From NCBI GenBank assembly GCA_950097015.1, contig CATNEN010000038.1, positions 17,980,001-18,044,000 of the forward strand: a stretch of 64,000 nucleotides of DNA, in the 5' to 3' direction. This DNA is from Macrostomum hystrix (Eukaryota > Animalia > Platyhelminthes). Position 1 is the stretch's first letter, and each line of letters begins with the position of its first letter. Both the position numbers and the translations under genes were made by a program. Below, one piece after another: positions 36,725 to 51,312 of this stretch. Under the pieces are notes generated by a model. That model searched no databases, was not told the DNA's origin, and saw only the letters and a list, made by a program, of their open reading frames with translations.

Positions 36725-39700
36725 ATGAACTGGTTCACTATCCTGCGCGCATTTCTGGTTCGCATCCTGTTTGCCACCCACGGCATTCTGACCATCACCT
36801 ATCTGTACAAGCAGTCTCGCAAGGCCGAATATTGGTACCTGGCCTCGGCTGTGGTCGGCCTAGTGCTGGAGTCCATTGTTACGTTTGGTGCCAACCAGGG
36901 TCGAGAGTGGAAGTGGTGAGATTCGATCTCAAATGAGTTGAAGCATATTTTTATGCAATTATTACGATCGTTGACTTTCAGGCCAAATTTCATGCAATCT
37001 GGCGCTATGTAAGACCAACGCTATTTCCCCCTGGGTTAAGACCACGGGACTAGTATTTCAAATGCCTGCTTCACAACAGCTCCCAAACCAAATGACTGAT
37101 TTTCGTGAAAGTCCACCAACTGGATCAAACTTTTCCGCCCTTAACGATGAATTAATTTTGAAAGCCGTCCGAGCCAGCATCGTCCAGATGTTCAGTGATT
37201 CTTGTCGGAGACTCTGTGACAAGGACAGCTGACATTGCTCTGTGTAAACATCTATGGCTAATCCATATCGGCTCAAAAATTAAAAAAATTATAAGTATAA
37301 TCAACCCAAAAAGTCTATTTTGATTGGTTACATGGTGAAACTTTGCCACCGGACACCCCAACGAGAATCTTTGAACATCTTGACGATGCCTATGCTTCGT
37401 GATTCTGGAGTTTGTTTCATCGAGTGGAAAATGTTAGCCCGGGAAGTGGATTTTCATGGCGATTTGTTGAAATATTCTAGGAGATGCAGAAAAATGAAAA
37501 TGTGGGATAATTGAAATACCCCCGTGTTCTTTCGTACTTAGCTCTGAGTTTAACACAAAAAACCGTCCATCATCATCATTTGTCATTTGTTAAGGCCACA
37601 GAAATCATTTTCATGATTGATTCGAATAGGAAGGATTTAACAATGAGCTTGCTAAACTACTGAACTCAACGTCGTTGAGCAAGTGGGACCTGGTCACTGC
37701 TCACTGTGAAGCTATTGGGCTGTCCCAGACTGCTCCATTTTGACAATACATCCAGACTTGCAACCCCAATCAAGAGTACTGTGTTTCATTGTTACAGGAA
37801 TTAACAATGGCTTTTATAAAATTGCTTACAATAGCAGAAAACTTGGCCGATCTAGGCCAGAAATCAATGCAATCTGCGCTTCACAGTAGGATTTCAAATA
37901 CCCTTTGCCAACTTCACAATAGGCAGAATGACCCATTTTTGTCAGAGTCGATCACATTAATCTAAATTTTCCGCCTATTCGATGAACTTTCAAAGCCATC
38001 CCTGATTCAGCTATCCACCGATTCTTGTCGAAGATCCTTGCTGACAAGGGAAACTAACGGTCTGTATAAGCCTCTATGGCGAATCAAAATTAGCTCGTAC
38101 TTTTAAAAAAGCTAACAATGTAATTCACACAATATGATCAAATGTAATAGCCGACATGGTTACATGATTTTTTGGTGGTTTTTGCCACCAGATACCCCGA
38201 CGAGAATCGTTGAATATCTTGACGACGCCGATGTGTTTTCCGATTCTGAAAGTTGTTTCATCGGATTGAGTGAAAAAAATTCGAAACTGTCAAGATTAAC
38301 TTGAAATAATAAATGAGTTGCTTCTGACCGACAGAAAAAATGCTCTCCCTCAGCTGGTAAATTTTGGTTTCAAATTCGATCAAGCAATATGGCTTCATCT
38401 GGTATAAGCTGATAGTGAAACGCGGTGCAGAGCAAGGAACGTAATAAAAATAAAACAGGCCTCACAATACTCTCCTCCGTCCAACTATAACAGGAAACTA
38501 TAGCGAGATCCTCTTCCTGTGCGTATTTTTTTCCAAATATATTTTCCTATACACACTATGCTCATAGTGTGAGCTGTATAGGCCATAGTATTTTGATCTC
38601 CATCAGTCTCTTAACTTCACTAGGGCTGATCTGGAATCCAATGGAAGATGAAGCGATTGGATGTCAGTGATACACCTATTATATATTATACAAATGTAAA
38701 TTCAGGCCGTAAATCTCTGTAGGTTTCATATTTATCTTCAAAGTCTCTAAAAGTCACCACAATGTGACACTGAAGTTTCTCATTTTCTATCAGAATCTTA
38801 TTCGCTGACATTGCATTCAAAGTAAGTCAGAAAATTGAGAGATAAGAATAATAATAAGAAAATATTATATTGTATATAATATTTGCTTAGGTAGGTATAT
38901 ATACTATAGGTATAAGTCAGTAACCAGCGCGACCCGACTGGCTATTAAGTCTAGATAGTCTCATTTCGTTTTGAGTTATTTCCCAACTCACATCTACCTC
39001 CGAGTTCAACTGACTCCCGCAAGCACTCAACGGACCAGTTCTCAGTGGTAAACAGCGTTTCAGCATTATATGCCAGTCAATTTCCGCACGCATCAACTTT
39101 TGTGGTTCAATTCGAAATGGCTTTTTTACGATCAAATGGTGCCTCCCAGCTCGCTTGAAAAAAAGTTCGCTGTTGGCAAAATCGGCTTCTTACGCGGCGG
39201 CTCCAGGGCGGGCTGTAAATCTGCTTCCTTGTTTGGGGCATCGATCAATTTCGGATTCGTTCCAAATCCCAATCTGGATCCGACCCGCTATTAGGGAATT
39301 TTTCCACGCGTTGGCGCTTCGGGCGGCAGCTCTGAGAGAAAGCTCATGGAGGTTTAGGGCCTGAGCCAATTCATTTCTTTATTAGCCTTCTCCATCCCCA
39401 GCACTCATGCTGCTCTGCCACTTTGCTTTTAAGTTTCCTCCTTAATAACAATAATTGCAGGAGGGCTGCGGGCAGTGGCACATCGTGGTGACACTAGACC
39501 CGCAGCCAGCGAGGAGGCAATTCTGCCCATTTCGCTGACTCCTGAGCACACACGCACACAGATACTGTACGCAGGCATACGCTCACACAGGTGTGTACAT
39601 CTGCCCTGACTTTCTCATCGTCAGGCAGTGTACATTTCACTGTGCCTTGGAGGTTGGCCCTCAAGGGTGTAAATTGCACGACAAGCCACCAAGCCTTCTC

Positions 39701-42700
39701 TCCGCGGCTGCGCCCCAAATAAATGTGGCCTCGCCGTGGAATCGAACTTAGGGACCGTGGTGCGAGAGGCAAACGCGATAACCGCTCTGCCACCGACCCC
39801 CTTTCCTCCTTGCTCCAGTGCTTTCCATTCAGTCTCCACTACCTCTCTATCTACCTCTCTTCTCTCTCCACTACCTCTCTATCTACCTCTCTTCTCTCTC
39901 CACTACCTCTCTATCTACCTCTCTACACTACTTCTCAATCTACCTATTTTATCTCTCCACTACCTTTCTATCTACCTCTCTTCTTTTTTCTCTTTACCTT
40001 TTGTTTATCTACTTCTCTCCCCACATCCCTAAATCCACTATTATACTCTATTTACTTCTTTAATATCACTCGCCGAGGCAACTGTCATGTTTTTAGACGG
40101 CATTACAAATCATCTTATAGTCTGAGTGAATATACTAAAACAGCAATGCTTTTCAGAAACTGGGACCCAATCGTCTAGCTCTTAGGCACCGCAAACACAG
40201 CCTCAACACACAAGTTAGACTCAAGATCAAGAGAACTTTGTCTTCTCTCTTCTCAAAGACATTTGATCCAATGCTTATTAATTTCTAGAGTAAAATTCTG
40301 AGCCAGAATTTCTACCACTGGGTCATGCGTCTCAAACACAGCAAACCCACATGGCTATTCATGAGATGTTTGAGCTGCTAGATCTTTTCTTTGCTTTATA
40401 AGTACGATAAGTTGTTTATTTAAGTCGCGGCAATCTACAGTAATCAAGAGAGTAATTCCTGTCCTACTTCAAAGTATTGAGTCGAGTATCGCAAAATAAT
40501 TTTGCTTTGTTTTACAGGAGCAAAGCCAGAGCACCCCTAGATGGGAAATCACAATTTATCATGTCAGGACATGAGTGGAACAGTAGTCTCACACAGTCAA
40601 CTTGTGTGTAGCTATGAATGGAACAGTAGTCTCACACAGTCAGCTTGTGTGTAGCTATGAGTGGAACAGTAGTCTCACAGTCAACTTGTGTGTAGCTATG
40701 AATGGAACAGTAGTCTCACACAGTCAGCTTGTGTGTAGCTATGAGTGGAACAGTAGTCTCACACAGTCAACTTGTGTGTAGCTATGAATCGAACAGTAGT
40801 CTCACACAGTCAGCTTGTGTGTAGCTATGAATGGAACAGTAGTCTCACACAGTCAGCTTGTGTGTAGCTATGAATGGAACAGTAGTCTCACAGTCAACTT
40901 GTGTGTAGCTATGAATCGAACAGTAGTCTCACACAGTCAGCTTGTGTGTAGCTATGAATGGAACAGTAGTCTCACACAGTCAACTTGTGTGTAGCTATGA
41001 ATGGAACAGTAGTCTCACACAGTCAACTTGTGTGTAGCTATGAATGGAACAGTAGTCTCACACAGTCAACTTGTGTGTAGCTATGAATGGAACAGTAGTC
41101 TCACACAGTCAGCTTGTGTGTAGCTATGAATGGAACAGTAGTCTCACACAGTCAACTTGTGTGTAGCTATGAATGGAACAGTAGTCTCACACAGTCAACT
41201 TGTGTGTAGCTATGAATGGAACAGTAGTCTCACACAGTCAACTTGTGTGTAGCTATGAGTGGAACAGTAGTCTCACACAGTCAACTTGTGTGTAGCTATG
41301 AATCGAACAGTAGTCTCACACAGTCAACTTGTGTGTAGCTATGAATGGAACAGTAGTCTCACACAGTCAACTTGTGTGTAGCTATGAATGGAACAGTAGT
41401 CTCACAGTCAACTTGTGTGTAGCTATGAATGGAACAGTAGTCTCACAGTCAGCTTGTGTGTAGCTATGAATGGAACAGTAGTCTCACACAGTCAACTTGT
41501 GTGTAGCTATGAATGGAACAGTAGTCTCACACAGTCAACTTGTGTGTAGCTATGAATGGAACAGTAGTCTCACACAGTCAACTTGTGTGTAGCTATGAAT
41601 GGAACAGTAGTCTCACACAGTCAACTTGTGTGTAGCTATGAGTGGAACAGTAGTCTCACAGTCAGCTTGTGTGTAGCTATGAATGGAACAGTAGTCTCAC
41701 ACAGTCAACTTGTGTGTAGCTATGAATGGAACAGTAGTCTCACACAGTCAGCTTGTGTGTAGCTATGAATGGAACAGTAGTCTCACACAGTCAACTTGTG
41801 TGTAGCTATGAATGGAACAGTAGTCTCACACAGTCAGCTTGTGTGTAGCTATGAATGGAACAGTAGTCTCACACAGTCAACTTGTGTGTAGCTATGAATC
41901 GAACAGTAGTCTCACACAGTCAGCTTGTGTGTAGCTATGAATGGAACAGTAGTCTCACACAGTCAGCTTGTGTGTAGCTATGAATGGAACAGTAGTCTCA
42001 CAGTCAACTTGTGTGTAGCTATGAATCGAACAGTAGTCTCACACAGTCAACTTGTGTGTAGCTATGAGTGGAACAGTAGTCTCACACAGTCAACTTGTGT
42101 GTAGCTATGAATGGAACAGTAGTCTTACACAGTCAACTTGTGTGTAGCTATGAATGGAACAGTAGTCTCACACAGTCAACTTGTGTGTAGCTATGAGTGG
42201 AACAGTAGTCTCACAGTCAACTTGTGTGTAGCTATGAATGGAACAGTAGTCTTACACAGTCAACTTGTGTGTAGCTATGAATGGAACAGTAGTCTCACAG
42301 ACAACTTGTGTGTAGCTATGAGTGGAACAGTAGTCTCACACAGTCAACTTGTGTGTAGCTATGAGTGGAACAGTAGTCTCACACAGTCAACTTGTGTGTA
42401 GCTATGAGTGGAACAGTAGTCTCACACAGTCAACTTGTGTGTAGCTATGAGTGGAACAGTAGTCTCACACAGTCAATTTGTGTGTAGCTATGAATGGAAC
42501 AGTAGTCTCACACAGTCAACTTGTGTGTAGCTATGAATGGAACAGTAGTCTCACACAGTCAACTTGTGTGTAGCTATGAGTGGAACAGTAGTCTTACACA
42601 GTCAACTTGTGTGTAGCTATGAATGGAACAGTAGTCTCACACAGTCAACTTGTGTGTAGCTATGAGTGGAACAGTAGTCTCACAGTCAACTTGTGTGTAG

Positions 42701-45700
42701 CTATGAATGGAACAGTAGTCTTACACAGTCAACTTGTGTGTAGCTATGAATGGAACAGTAGTCTCACAGTCAACTTGTGTGTAGCTATGAGTGGAACAGT
42801 AGTCTCACACAGTCAACTTGTGTGTAGCTATGAGTGGAACAGTAGTCTCACACAGTCAACTTGTGTGTAGCTATGAGTGGAACAGTAGTCTCACACAGTC
42901 AACTTGTGTGTAGCTATGAGTGGAACAGTAGTCTCACACAGTCAACTTGTGTGTAGCTAAGAATGGAACAGTAGTCTCACACAGTCAGCTTGTGTGTAGC
43001 TATGAATGGAACAGTAGTCTCACACAGTCAACTTGTGTGTAGCTATGAATGGAACAGTAGTCTCACACAGTCAACTTGTGTGTAGCTATGAGTGGAACAG
43101 TAGTCTCACAGTCAACTTGTGTGTAGCTATGAATGGAACAGTAGTCTTACACAGTCAACTTGTGTGTAGCTATGAATGGAACAGTAGTCTCACAGACAAC
43201 TTGTGTGTAGCTATGAGTGGAACAGTAGTCTCACACAGTCAACTTGTGTGTAGCTATGAGTGGAACAGTAGTCTCACACAGTCAACTTGTGTGTAGCTAT
43301 GAGTGGAACAGTAGTCTCACACAGTCAACTTGTGTGTAGCTATGAGTGGAACAGTAGTCTCACACAGTCAATTTGTGTGTAGCTATGAATGGAACAGTAG
43401 TCTCACACAGTCAACTTGTGTGTAGCTATGAATGGAACAGTAGTCTCACACAGTCAACTTGTGTGTAGCTATGAGTGGAACAGTAGTCTTACACAGTCAA
43501 CTTGTGTGTAGCTATGAATGGAACAGTAGTCTCACACAGTCAACTTGTGTGTAGCTATGAGTGGAACAGTAGTCTCACAGTCAACTTGTGTGTAGCTATG
43601 AATGGAACAGTAGTCTTACACAGTCAACTTGTGTGTAGCTATGAATGGAACAGTAGTCTCACAGTCAACTTGTGTGTAGCTATGAGTGGAACAGTAGTCT
43701 CACACAGTCAACTTGTGTGTAGCTATGAGTGGAACAGTAGTCTCACACAGTCAACTTGTGTGTAGCTATGAGTGGAACAGTAGTCTCACACAGTCAACTT
43801 GTGTGTAGCTATGAGTGGAACAGTAGTCTCACACAGTCAACTTGTGTGTAGCTAAGAATGGAACAGTAGTCTCACACAGTCAGCTTGTGTGTAGCTATGA
43901 ATGGAACAGTAGTCTCACACAGTCAACTTGTGTGTAGCTATGAATGGAACAGTAGTCTCACACAGTCAACTTGTGTGTAGCTATGAATGGAACAGTAGTC
44001 TCACACAGTCAACTTGTGTGTAGCTATGAATGGAACAGTAGTCTCACACAGTCAATTTGTGTGTAGCTATGAATGGAACAGTAGTCTCTCACAGTCAACT
44101 TGTGTGTAGCTATGAATGGAACAGTAGTCTCACACAGTCAACTTGTGTGTAGCTATGAATGGAACAGTAGTCTCACACAGTCAATTTGTGTGTAGCTATG
44201 AATGGAACAGTAGTCTCTCACAGTCAACTTGTGTGTAGCTATGAATGGAACAGTAGTCTCACACAGTCAGCTTGTGTGTAGCTATGAATGGAACAGTAGT
44301 CTCACAGTCAACTTGTGTGTAGCTATGAATGGAACAGTAGTCTCACACAGTCAACTTGTGTGTAGCTATGAATGGAACAGTAGTCTCACAGTCAACTTGT
44401 GTGTAGCTATGAATGGAACAGTAGTCTCACACAGTCAACTTGTGTGTAGCTATGAATGGAACAGTAGTCTCACACAGTCAACTTGTGTGTAGCTATGAAT
44501 GGAACAGTAGTCTCACACAGTCAACTTGTGTGTAGCTATGAATGGAACAGTAGTCTCACACAGTCAACTTGTGTGTAGCTATGAATGGAACAGTAGTCTC
44601 ACACAGTCAACTTGTGTGTAGCTATGAATGGAACAGTAGTCTCACACAGTCAAGCTTGTGTGTAGCTATGAATGGAACAGTAGTCTCACACAGTCAACTT
44701 GTGTGTAGCTATGAATGGAACAGTAGTCTCACACAGTCAACTTGTGTGTAGCTATGAATGGAACAGTAGTCTCACACAGTCAACTTGTGTGTAGCTATGA
44801 GTGGAACAGTAGTCTCACACAGTCAACTTGTGTGTAGCTATGAATGGAACAGTAGTCTCACACAGTCAACTTGTGTGTAGCTATGAATGGAACAGTAGTC
44901 TCACACAGTCAACTTGTGTGTAGCTATGAATGGAACAGTAGTCTCACAGTCAACTTGTGTGTAGCTATGAATGGAACAGTAGTCTCACAGTCAGCTTGTG
45001 TGTAGCTATGAATGGAACAGTAGTCTCACACAGTCAACTTGTGTGTAGCTATGAATGGAACAGTAGTCTCACACAGTCAGCTTGTGTGTAGCTATGAATG
45101 GAACAGTAGTCTCACACAGTCAACTTGTGTGTAGCTATGAATCGAACAGTAGTCTCACACAGTCAGCTTGTGTGTAGCTATGAATGGAACAGTAGTCTCA
45201 CACAGTCAGCTTGTGTGTAGCTATGAATGGAACAGTAGTCTCACAGTCAACTTGTGTGTAGCTATGAATCGAACAGTAGTCTCACACAGTCAACTTGTGT
45301 GTAGCTATGAGTGGAACAGTAGTCTCACACAGTCAACTTGTGTGTAGCTATGAATGGAACAGTAGTCTCACACAGTCAACTTGTGTGTAGCTATGAATGG
45401 AACAGTAGTCTCACACAGTCAACTTGTGTGTAGCTATGAATGGAACAGTAGTCTCACACAGTCAATTTGTGTGTAGCTATGAATGGAACAGTAGTCTCTC
45501 ACAGTCAACTTGTGTGTAGCTATGAATGGAACAGTAGTCTCACAGACAACTTGTGTGTAGCTATGAGTGGAACAGTAGTCTCACACAGTCAACTTGTGTG
45601 TAGCTATGAGTGGAACAGTAGTCTCACACAGTCAACTTGTGTGTAGCTATGAGTGGAACAGTAGTCTCACACAGTCAACTTGTGTGTAGCTATGAGTGGA

Positions 45701-48700
45701 ACAGTAGTCTCACACAGTCAACTTGTGTGTAGCTATGAATGGAACAGTAGTCTCACACAGTCAACTTGTGTGTAGCTATGAATGGAACAGTAGTCTCACA
45801 CAGTCAACTTGTGTGTAGCTATGAGTGGAACAGTAGTCTCACACAGTCAGCTTGTGTGTAGCTATGAATGGAACAGTAGTCTCACACAGTCAGCTTGTGT
45901 GTAGCTATGAATGGAACAGTAGTCTCACACAGTCAATTTGTGTGTTGCTATGAATGGAACAGTAGTCTCACACTCAACTTGTGTGTAGCTATGAATGGAA
46001 CAGTAGTCTCACACAGTCAATTTGTGTGTAGCTATGAATGGAACAGTAGTCTCACACAGTCAATTTGTGTGTAGCTATGAATGGAACAGTAGTCTCTCAC
46101 AGTCAACTTGTGTGTAGCTATGAATGGAACAGTAGTCTCACACAGTCAACTTGTGTGTAGCTATGAATGGAACAGTAGTCTCACAGTCAGCTTGTGTGTA
46201 GCTATGAATGGAACAGTAGTCTCACACAGTCAACTTGTGTGTAGCTATGAATGGAACAGTAGTCTCACACAGTCAACTTGTGTGTAGCTATGAGTGGAAC
46301 AGTAGTCTCACACAGTGAGCTTGTGTGTAGCTATGAATGGAACAGTAGTCTCACACAGTCAGCTTGTGTGTAGCTATGAATGGAACAGTAGTCTCACAGT
46401 CAACTTGTGTGTAGCTATGAATGGAACAGTAGTCTCACAGTCAACTTGTGTGTAGCTATGAATGGAACAGTAGTCTCACAGTCAACTTGTGTGTAGCTAT
46501 GAATGGAACAGTAGTCTCACACAGTCAACTTGTGTGTAGCTATGAGTGGAACAGTAGTCTCACAGTCAGCTTGTGTGTAGCTATGAATGGAACAGTAGTC
46601 TCACACAGTCAACTTGTGTGTAGCTATGAATGGAACAGTAGTCTCACACAGTCAACTTGTGTGTAGCTATGAGTGGAACAGTAGTCTCACACAGTCAACT
46701 TGTGTGTAGCTATGAATGGAACAGTAGTCTCACACAGTCAACTTGTGTGTAGCTATGAATGGAACAGTAGTCTCACAGTCAACTTGTGTGTAGCTATGAA
46801 TGGAACAGTAGTCTCACAGTCAGCTTGTGTGTAGCTATGAATGGAACAGTAGTCTCACACAGTCAACTTGTGTGTAGCTATGAGTGGAACAGTAGTCTCA
46901 CAGTCAGCTTGTGTGTAGCTATGAATGGAACAGTAGTCTCACACAGTCAACTTGTGTGTAGCTATGAGTGGAACAGTAGTCTCACAGTCAGCTTGTGTGT
47001 AGCTATGAATGGAACAGTAGTCTCACACAGTCAACTTGTGTGTAGCTATGAATGGAACAGTAGTCTCACAGTCAGCTTGTGTGTAGCTATGAATGGAACA
47101 GTAGTCTCACACAGTCAGCTTGTGTGTAGCTATGAATGGAACAGTAGTCTCACAGTCAGCTTGTGTGTAGCTATAATTCGAACAGTAGTCTCACACAGTC
47201 AACTTGTGTGTAGCTATGAATGGAACAGTAGTCTCACACAGTCAATTTGTGTGTAGCTATGAATGGAACAGTAGTCTCACAGTCAGCTTGTGTGTAGCTA
47301 TGAATGGAACAGTAGTCTCACACAGTCAACTTGTGTGTAGCTATGAATGGAACAGTAGTCTCACACAGTCAACTTGTGTGTAGCTATGAGTGGAACAGTA
47401 GTCTCACAGTCAGCTTGTGTGTAGCTATGAATGGAACAGTAGTCTCACACAGTCAACTTGTGTGTAGCTATGAATGGAACAGTAGTCTCACACAGTCAAC
47501 TTGTGTGTAGCTATGAATGGAACAGTAGTCTTACACAGTCAACTTGTGTGTAGCTATGAGTGGAACAGTAGTCTCACAGTCAGCTTGTGTGTAGCTATGA
47601 ATGGAACAGTAGTCTCACACAGTCAGCTTGTGTGTAGCTATGAGTGGAACAGTAGTCTCACAGTCAACTTGTGTGTAGCTATGAATGGAACAGTAGTCTC
47701 ACACACTCAACTTGTGTGTAGCTATGAATCGAACAGTAGTCTCACAGTCTGCTTGTGTGTAGCTATGAATGGAACAGTAGTCTTACACAGTCAACTTGTG
47801 TGTAGCTATGAGTGGAACAGTAGTCTCACACAGTCAGCTTGTGTGTAGCTATGAATCGAACAGTACTCTTACACAGTCGACAGCCCCACAAGGTGACAGC
47901 AGCAAAAAAATCAGTTATCGGTTATCATTTGCTTGTGAAGCTTCTATTGCTTTTAATAGCCGTAGCAGTCGCCAGAATGGAATTTCAGATATTTTGTAGC
48001 TGTTACAAACGGTTCGATTGGACATAAATAAATTTGCATACATAAGCAACTGTAGTTCGTAAACTGGATATGATAAACAGTGTAGAAAATATGTCGCTTG
48101 TTTTGTCTAGCACCGGGTTTTTACAACCCATAAAAGCACCTTTAATATTGGAATTGACATCACGGAAAGATGTTGCAGGTTGGGCTAGTGGTAAAAGTAC
48201 CCGACCAGTTCAGAGTCACATCCCTCTCCACATGTGCGTTGCTGATGCGCTGTTGCAGAAAGTTACGTTGTTAAGAGCAATCCAAAAAGCTGCTACTGGT
48301 AACCAAAGGTTAAATGCTTGCTAATAAGTGCAGTGCACGCTATACTTTCATCCTTCCTTTGTTGATAATAAAACTAAGAAAATATGCCTAGCAACAGTTG
48401 CAGCAACCAAGCTATTGTCCCTTTGCTGTCCACTTGACTGCATGAATAGTATTTGTGTATATATAGTTTACTTATCTAATGGGCTCTGCGCTGCAGACTG
48501 CAATCTTGCAGCAGATAATCAATGGGAATATGAGCCACATGCGATTAACAGGTGGTGTGGAGCCCAGATAAGACAGGTACGGCAGAAGGAAAAAATATTG
48601 TAAAGATATAGTTGCTTATCTATCAAAAGGCAGTGTACAGTAGTTCAGTCCATGGACTGGGGGGCGCGATTCCCAAACCAAAATTTCAAAATTTAGCTAA

Positions 48701-50767
48701 TAAAGTGAAGTTAAGTGTCTTTCTTAAAGACGCAAATTTTTTTTCGTTTATTTGTAGTTCTCATAAGGTGACAGCACGCCCGCAGCCAGTGAATAGGCAA
48801 TGCTACCCATTGCTCTGACTTCTGAGCACACACGCACTCAGATACCGTACGCAGGCCCACGCTCACACAGGTGTGTACATCTGCCCTGACTTTCTCATCG
48901 TCAGGCAGTGTACATCCTCACTGTGCCTTGGAGGTTAGTCCTAAAGGGCGTAAATTGCATGACAAGCCCCCAAGCCTTCTCTCAGCGGCTATGCCCCAAA
49001 TGAATGAGGCCTCGCCGTGGAATTGAGCTCAGGGACGTTGGTGCGAGAGTAATATGCGTTAACCGCTCTGCCACTGACCGCGTCGGTAGCTCTAACAGCT
49101 CGGCTAAAATGTACCCTTGAGACAAAAAAAAGAAATAAATTCTAAATTTCACTGCGAAAACTTTCTGTTATTTAGGTTCTGTTCGTCTGCCTTCTTCTAC
49201 CTGCTCGTGACGGTGCCCAGCACCTGGTTCCTGGAGCTGGAGCTAGTCGAATGGCGCATTGAGTGTAACAAGACTTACAAGACCACCAATGACATTCAAT
49301 GCAAGCACATGCGAAGCGCAAACGCCTCCGCTGTGCATGTAAGCTGATGCACTCGATTTCTTAAGCCTTTATTTTATCTTTGGTTAAGCCTCGCAAATAA
49401 TCTAGTCTAGAATACTTTTGTAACAAATTTCTTTCCCGCAAATTCATGGTTTACAATTCCAATGTCGAATTTAAAATTAAAATTCCCCGAATCCCTGTCT
49501 CCCTAATCATCGTCTCCCAAATCCCCGTCTCCCAAATCCCCGTCTCCCAAACCCCCGTCTCCCAAATCCCCGTCTCCCAAACCCCCGTCTCCCAAATCAC
49601 AGTCTCCCAAATCCCAATCTCCCAAATCCCCTTCTCCCCAATCCCCGTCTTCTATCTTATTATCATCTTATTAGAAAGCGTTCCCCAAATGCGAATGCTG
49701 CTGATTGTCAGGTCAAAGGTGACGAGGACTTCCTGGGCGCCCAGGACTTTGAGCAGACTATTCGCACACTTGAACAGCTGCTGCTGCTGCTGCTGATACT
49801 TGGTCGCTGGCTGCTCCCAAAAGGCAAACTGACTCACGACCAACTGTCCCAGCTGCTCCTAGTGTACATCGGAACAGCCGCTGACATAGTAGAATTCTTC
49901 GAAACCTTCAAAGAGGACGTGGTGAAACGCGATCGAAATCTCATTAAGCTAATCCTGACAATTTGGACCTGGTCTCTGCTGCAGTTCGTTCTGGTCATCA
50001 CTGCTCAACGCGCCCGCAAAGACCACTCTGGCCTGGTGGCGTCGAGGCGACGCACGGTGAAAACGGCTCCCTCTGTCAGCAGCCCAGATGAGGACGAGAA
50101 GTACTGTCAGTGCTCGCCCGAGGTGTTCGGAATCGTCATCTCCATGCTGATGCAGGACCTGCCGTACCTGGTCACTCGCCTGTACATGATATTCAACTAC
50201 AACACAACCAGCTACACCAACATATTCTTCACTCTAAAGAACAGCCTGGTTTGCAGTCTGCTCACCTACCGTCTCATTGTCATCTACTCGGAGCGGTTTC
50301 GCCGCATTAGGAAGGCCCGAAAAGCACGTTTGGCCGGGGCTCGTTGCGTCATCCTTCTAGAGAGCGGCTCGGATGCAGGCGACCCGCCCGAGTCCATGTT
50401 AACCAGCGCCGGCTGCGACCTGAGAAGTTCCAAACGATCCACGCTGCCCGACCGGAGGGCAGCGTCCAGCTCGGCTAGCCTGGTGAAGCTCTGCCTCCGG
50501 GAGAAGTACCCAACCAGTCTGGACGCTGAGGCGGCGATCGGCCGCTCCGCTTCCATGCGGCACCTGCATCCATCGTCACCGGAGCCGGGCAGGCCGCCAA
50601 CTGCGTCGTCGACGCAGCTGCAAACTCCACGGCTGACTGTGAGGCCGGCTCGACCGGCGTCCTTCGCCGGGGCGGAGGAGACGACGGCGAAATCGGGCGC
50701 TACCGCTGATCCGCCTGGGTCCGTCACGACCCTGAAGGTCCAGCTGGCTGACACAATGGATTTGTAA
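36725..50767 (+). CDS. TMEM26: Transmembrane protein 26 family; exons 36725-36915, 49176-49338, 49712-50767
   Basis: Family motifs R.LFA.HG, EWKWFC.S.F.YL...VP..W.LEL, LILGRWLLPKG.LT.DQLSQLLLVYIGTAADI.EF, W.WSL.QF, MQDLP.L..RL, FFT.KN.L. Splice phases 2 and 0 are compatible. Confidence 0.93.
37300..37525 (+). repeat. Interspersed repeat family of unknown class; related pieces near 5230-5300, 30625-30800 (minus), 33760-33915 and 38150-38270
   Basis: Shared words GATTCTGGA.GTTGTTTC.TCG, TGGCGATT.G, TAGGAGAT.CAGAAA, GTGGG.A.TTGAAATACCCC. Confidence 0.55.
39449..39800 (-). mobile_element. SINE family A, full-length, in TMEM26 intron 1
   Basis: Reverse-complement match to 10145-10510 with B box GTTCGATTCC. 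Confidence 0.85.
39833..40025. repeat. CT-rich ~32-bp degenerate tandem repeat
   Basis: TCTCCACTACCTCTCTATCTACCTCTCTTCTC units. Confidence 0.8.
40572..47880. repeat. 7.3-kb satellite array, 43-bp unit with a 41-bp variant, inside TMEM26 intron 1
   Basis: GTGTGTAGCTATGAATGGAACAGTAGTCTCACACAGTCAACTT, about 170 copies with no unique spacers. Confidence 0.98.
48775..49080 (-). mobile_element. SINE family A copy
   Basis: Reverse-complement match to the consensus. Confidence 0.8.
49483..49650. repeat. 15-bp tandem repeat CCCCGTCTCCCAAAT in TMEM26 intron 2
   Basis: About 10 units. Confidence 0.9.
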
Positions 50768-50957
50768 ATGGGCGATAGCACCTGCTGCACTATACCTGGA
50801 GAACAATGCTGATAATGATCAATTTGTCGCAACCGAGTTTTAAAGTGTTTAAAATAAATTCCCAACATTCTACACGAAGCTTAAGTGTAGGAGAGCAGTT
50901 CTCAAATGAAAGCACCAGGAAAAGGGGGAAAATTCAGCAATAACTTTTCATCAAGTT

Positions 50958-51312
50958 AGGGGATTGGTGGTTGAGCGGTTAACGCGTTTGCCTCTGGCAC
51001 CACGGTCCCTAAGTTCGATTCCATGGCGAGACCACATTTATTTGGGACCCAGCCGTGGAGAGAAGGCTTGAGGGCTTGTCGTGCAATTTACGCCCTTGAG
51101 GGCCAACCTCTAAGGCACAGTGTGATGTACACTGCCTGACGATTAGAAAGTCGGGGCAGATGTACACACCTGTGTGAGCGTGTGCCTGCGTACAGTATCT
51201 GTGTGCGTGTGTGCTCAGGAGTCAGCGAAATGGGCAGAATGGCCTCCTCGCTCCTGCGGGTCTAGTGTCACAAATTAATGTGCCACTGCCTGCAGCCCTC
51301 CTGAAATAATTA
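50958..51312 (+). mobile_element. SINE family A, full-length
   Basis: Match to 10145-10510; B box GTTCGATTCC. Confidence 0.85.

Noticed and set aside
39455-39545. HDV-ribozyme-like words in SINE A (GCCTCCTCGCTGGC, GCGAAATGGG)
   Set aside because: The elements are in the wrong order for the nested double pseudoknot and lack the P1.1 GG. Simple hairpins explain them. An RNArobo or Infernal HDV search would settle it.
40572-47880. CRISPR-like array (also the 22, 28, 30 and 41 bp arrays)
   Set aside because: Units are contiguous with no unique spacers, there are no cas genes, and the context is eukaryotic. These are satellites.
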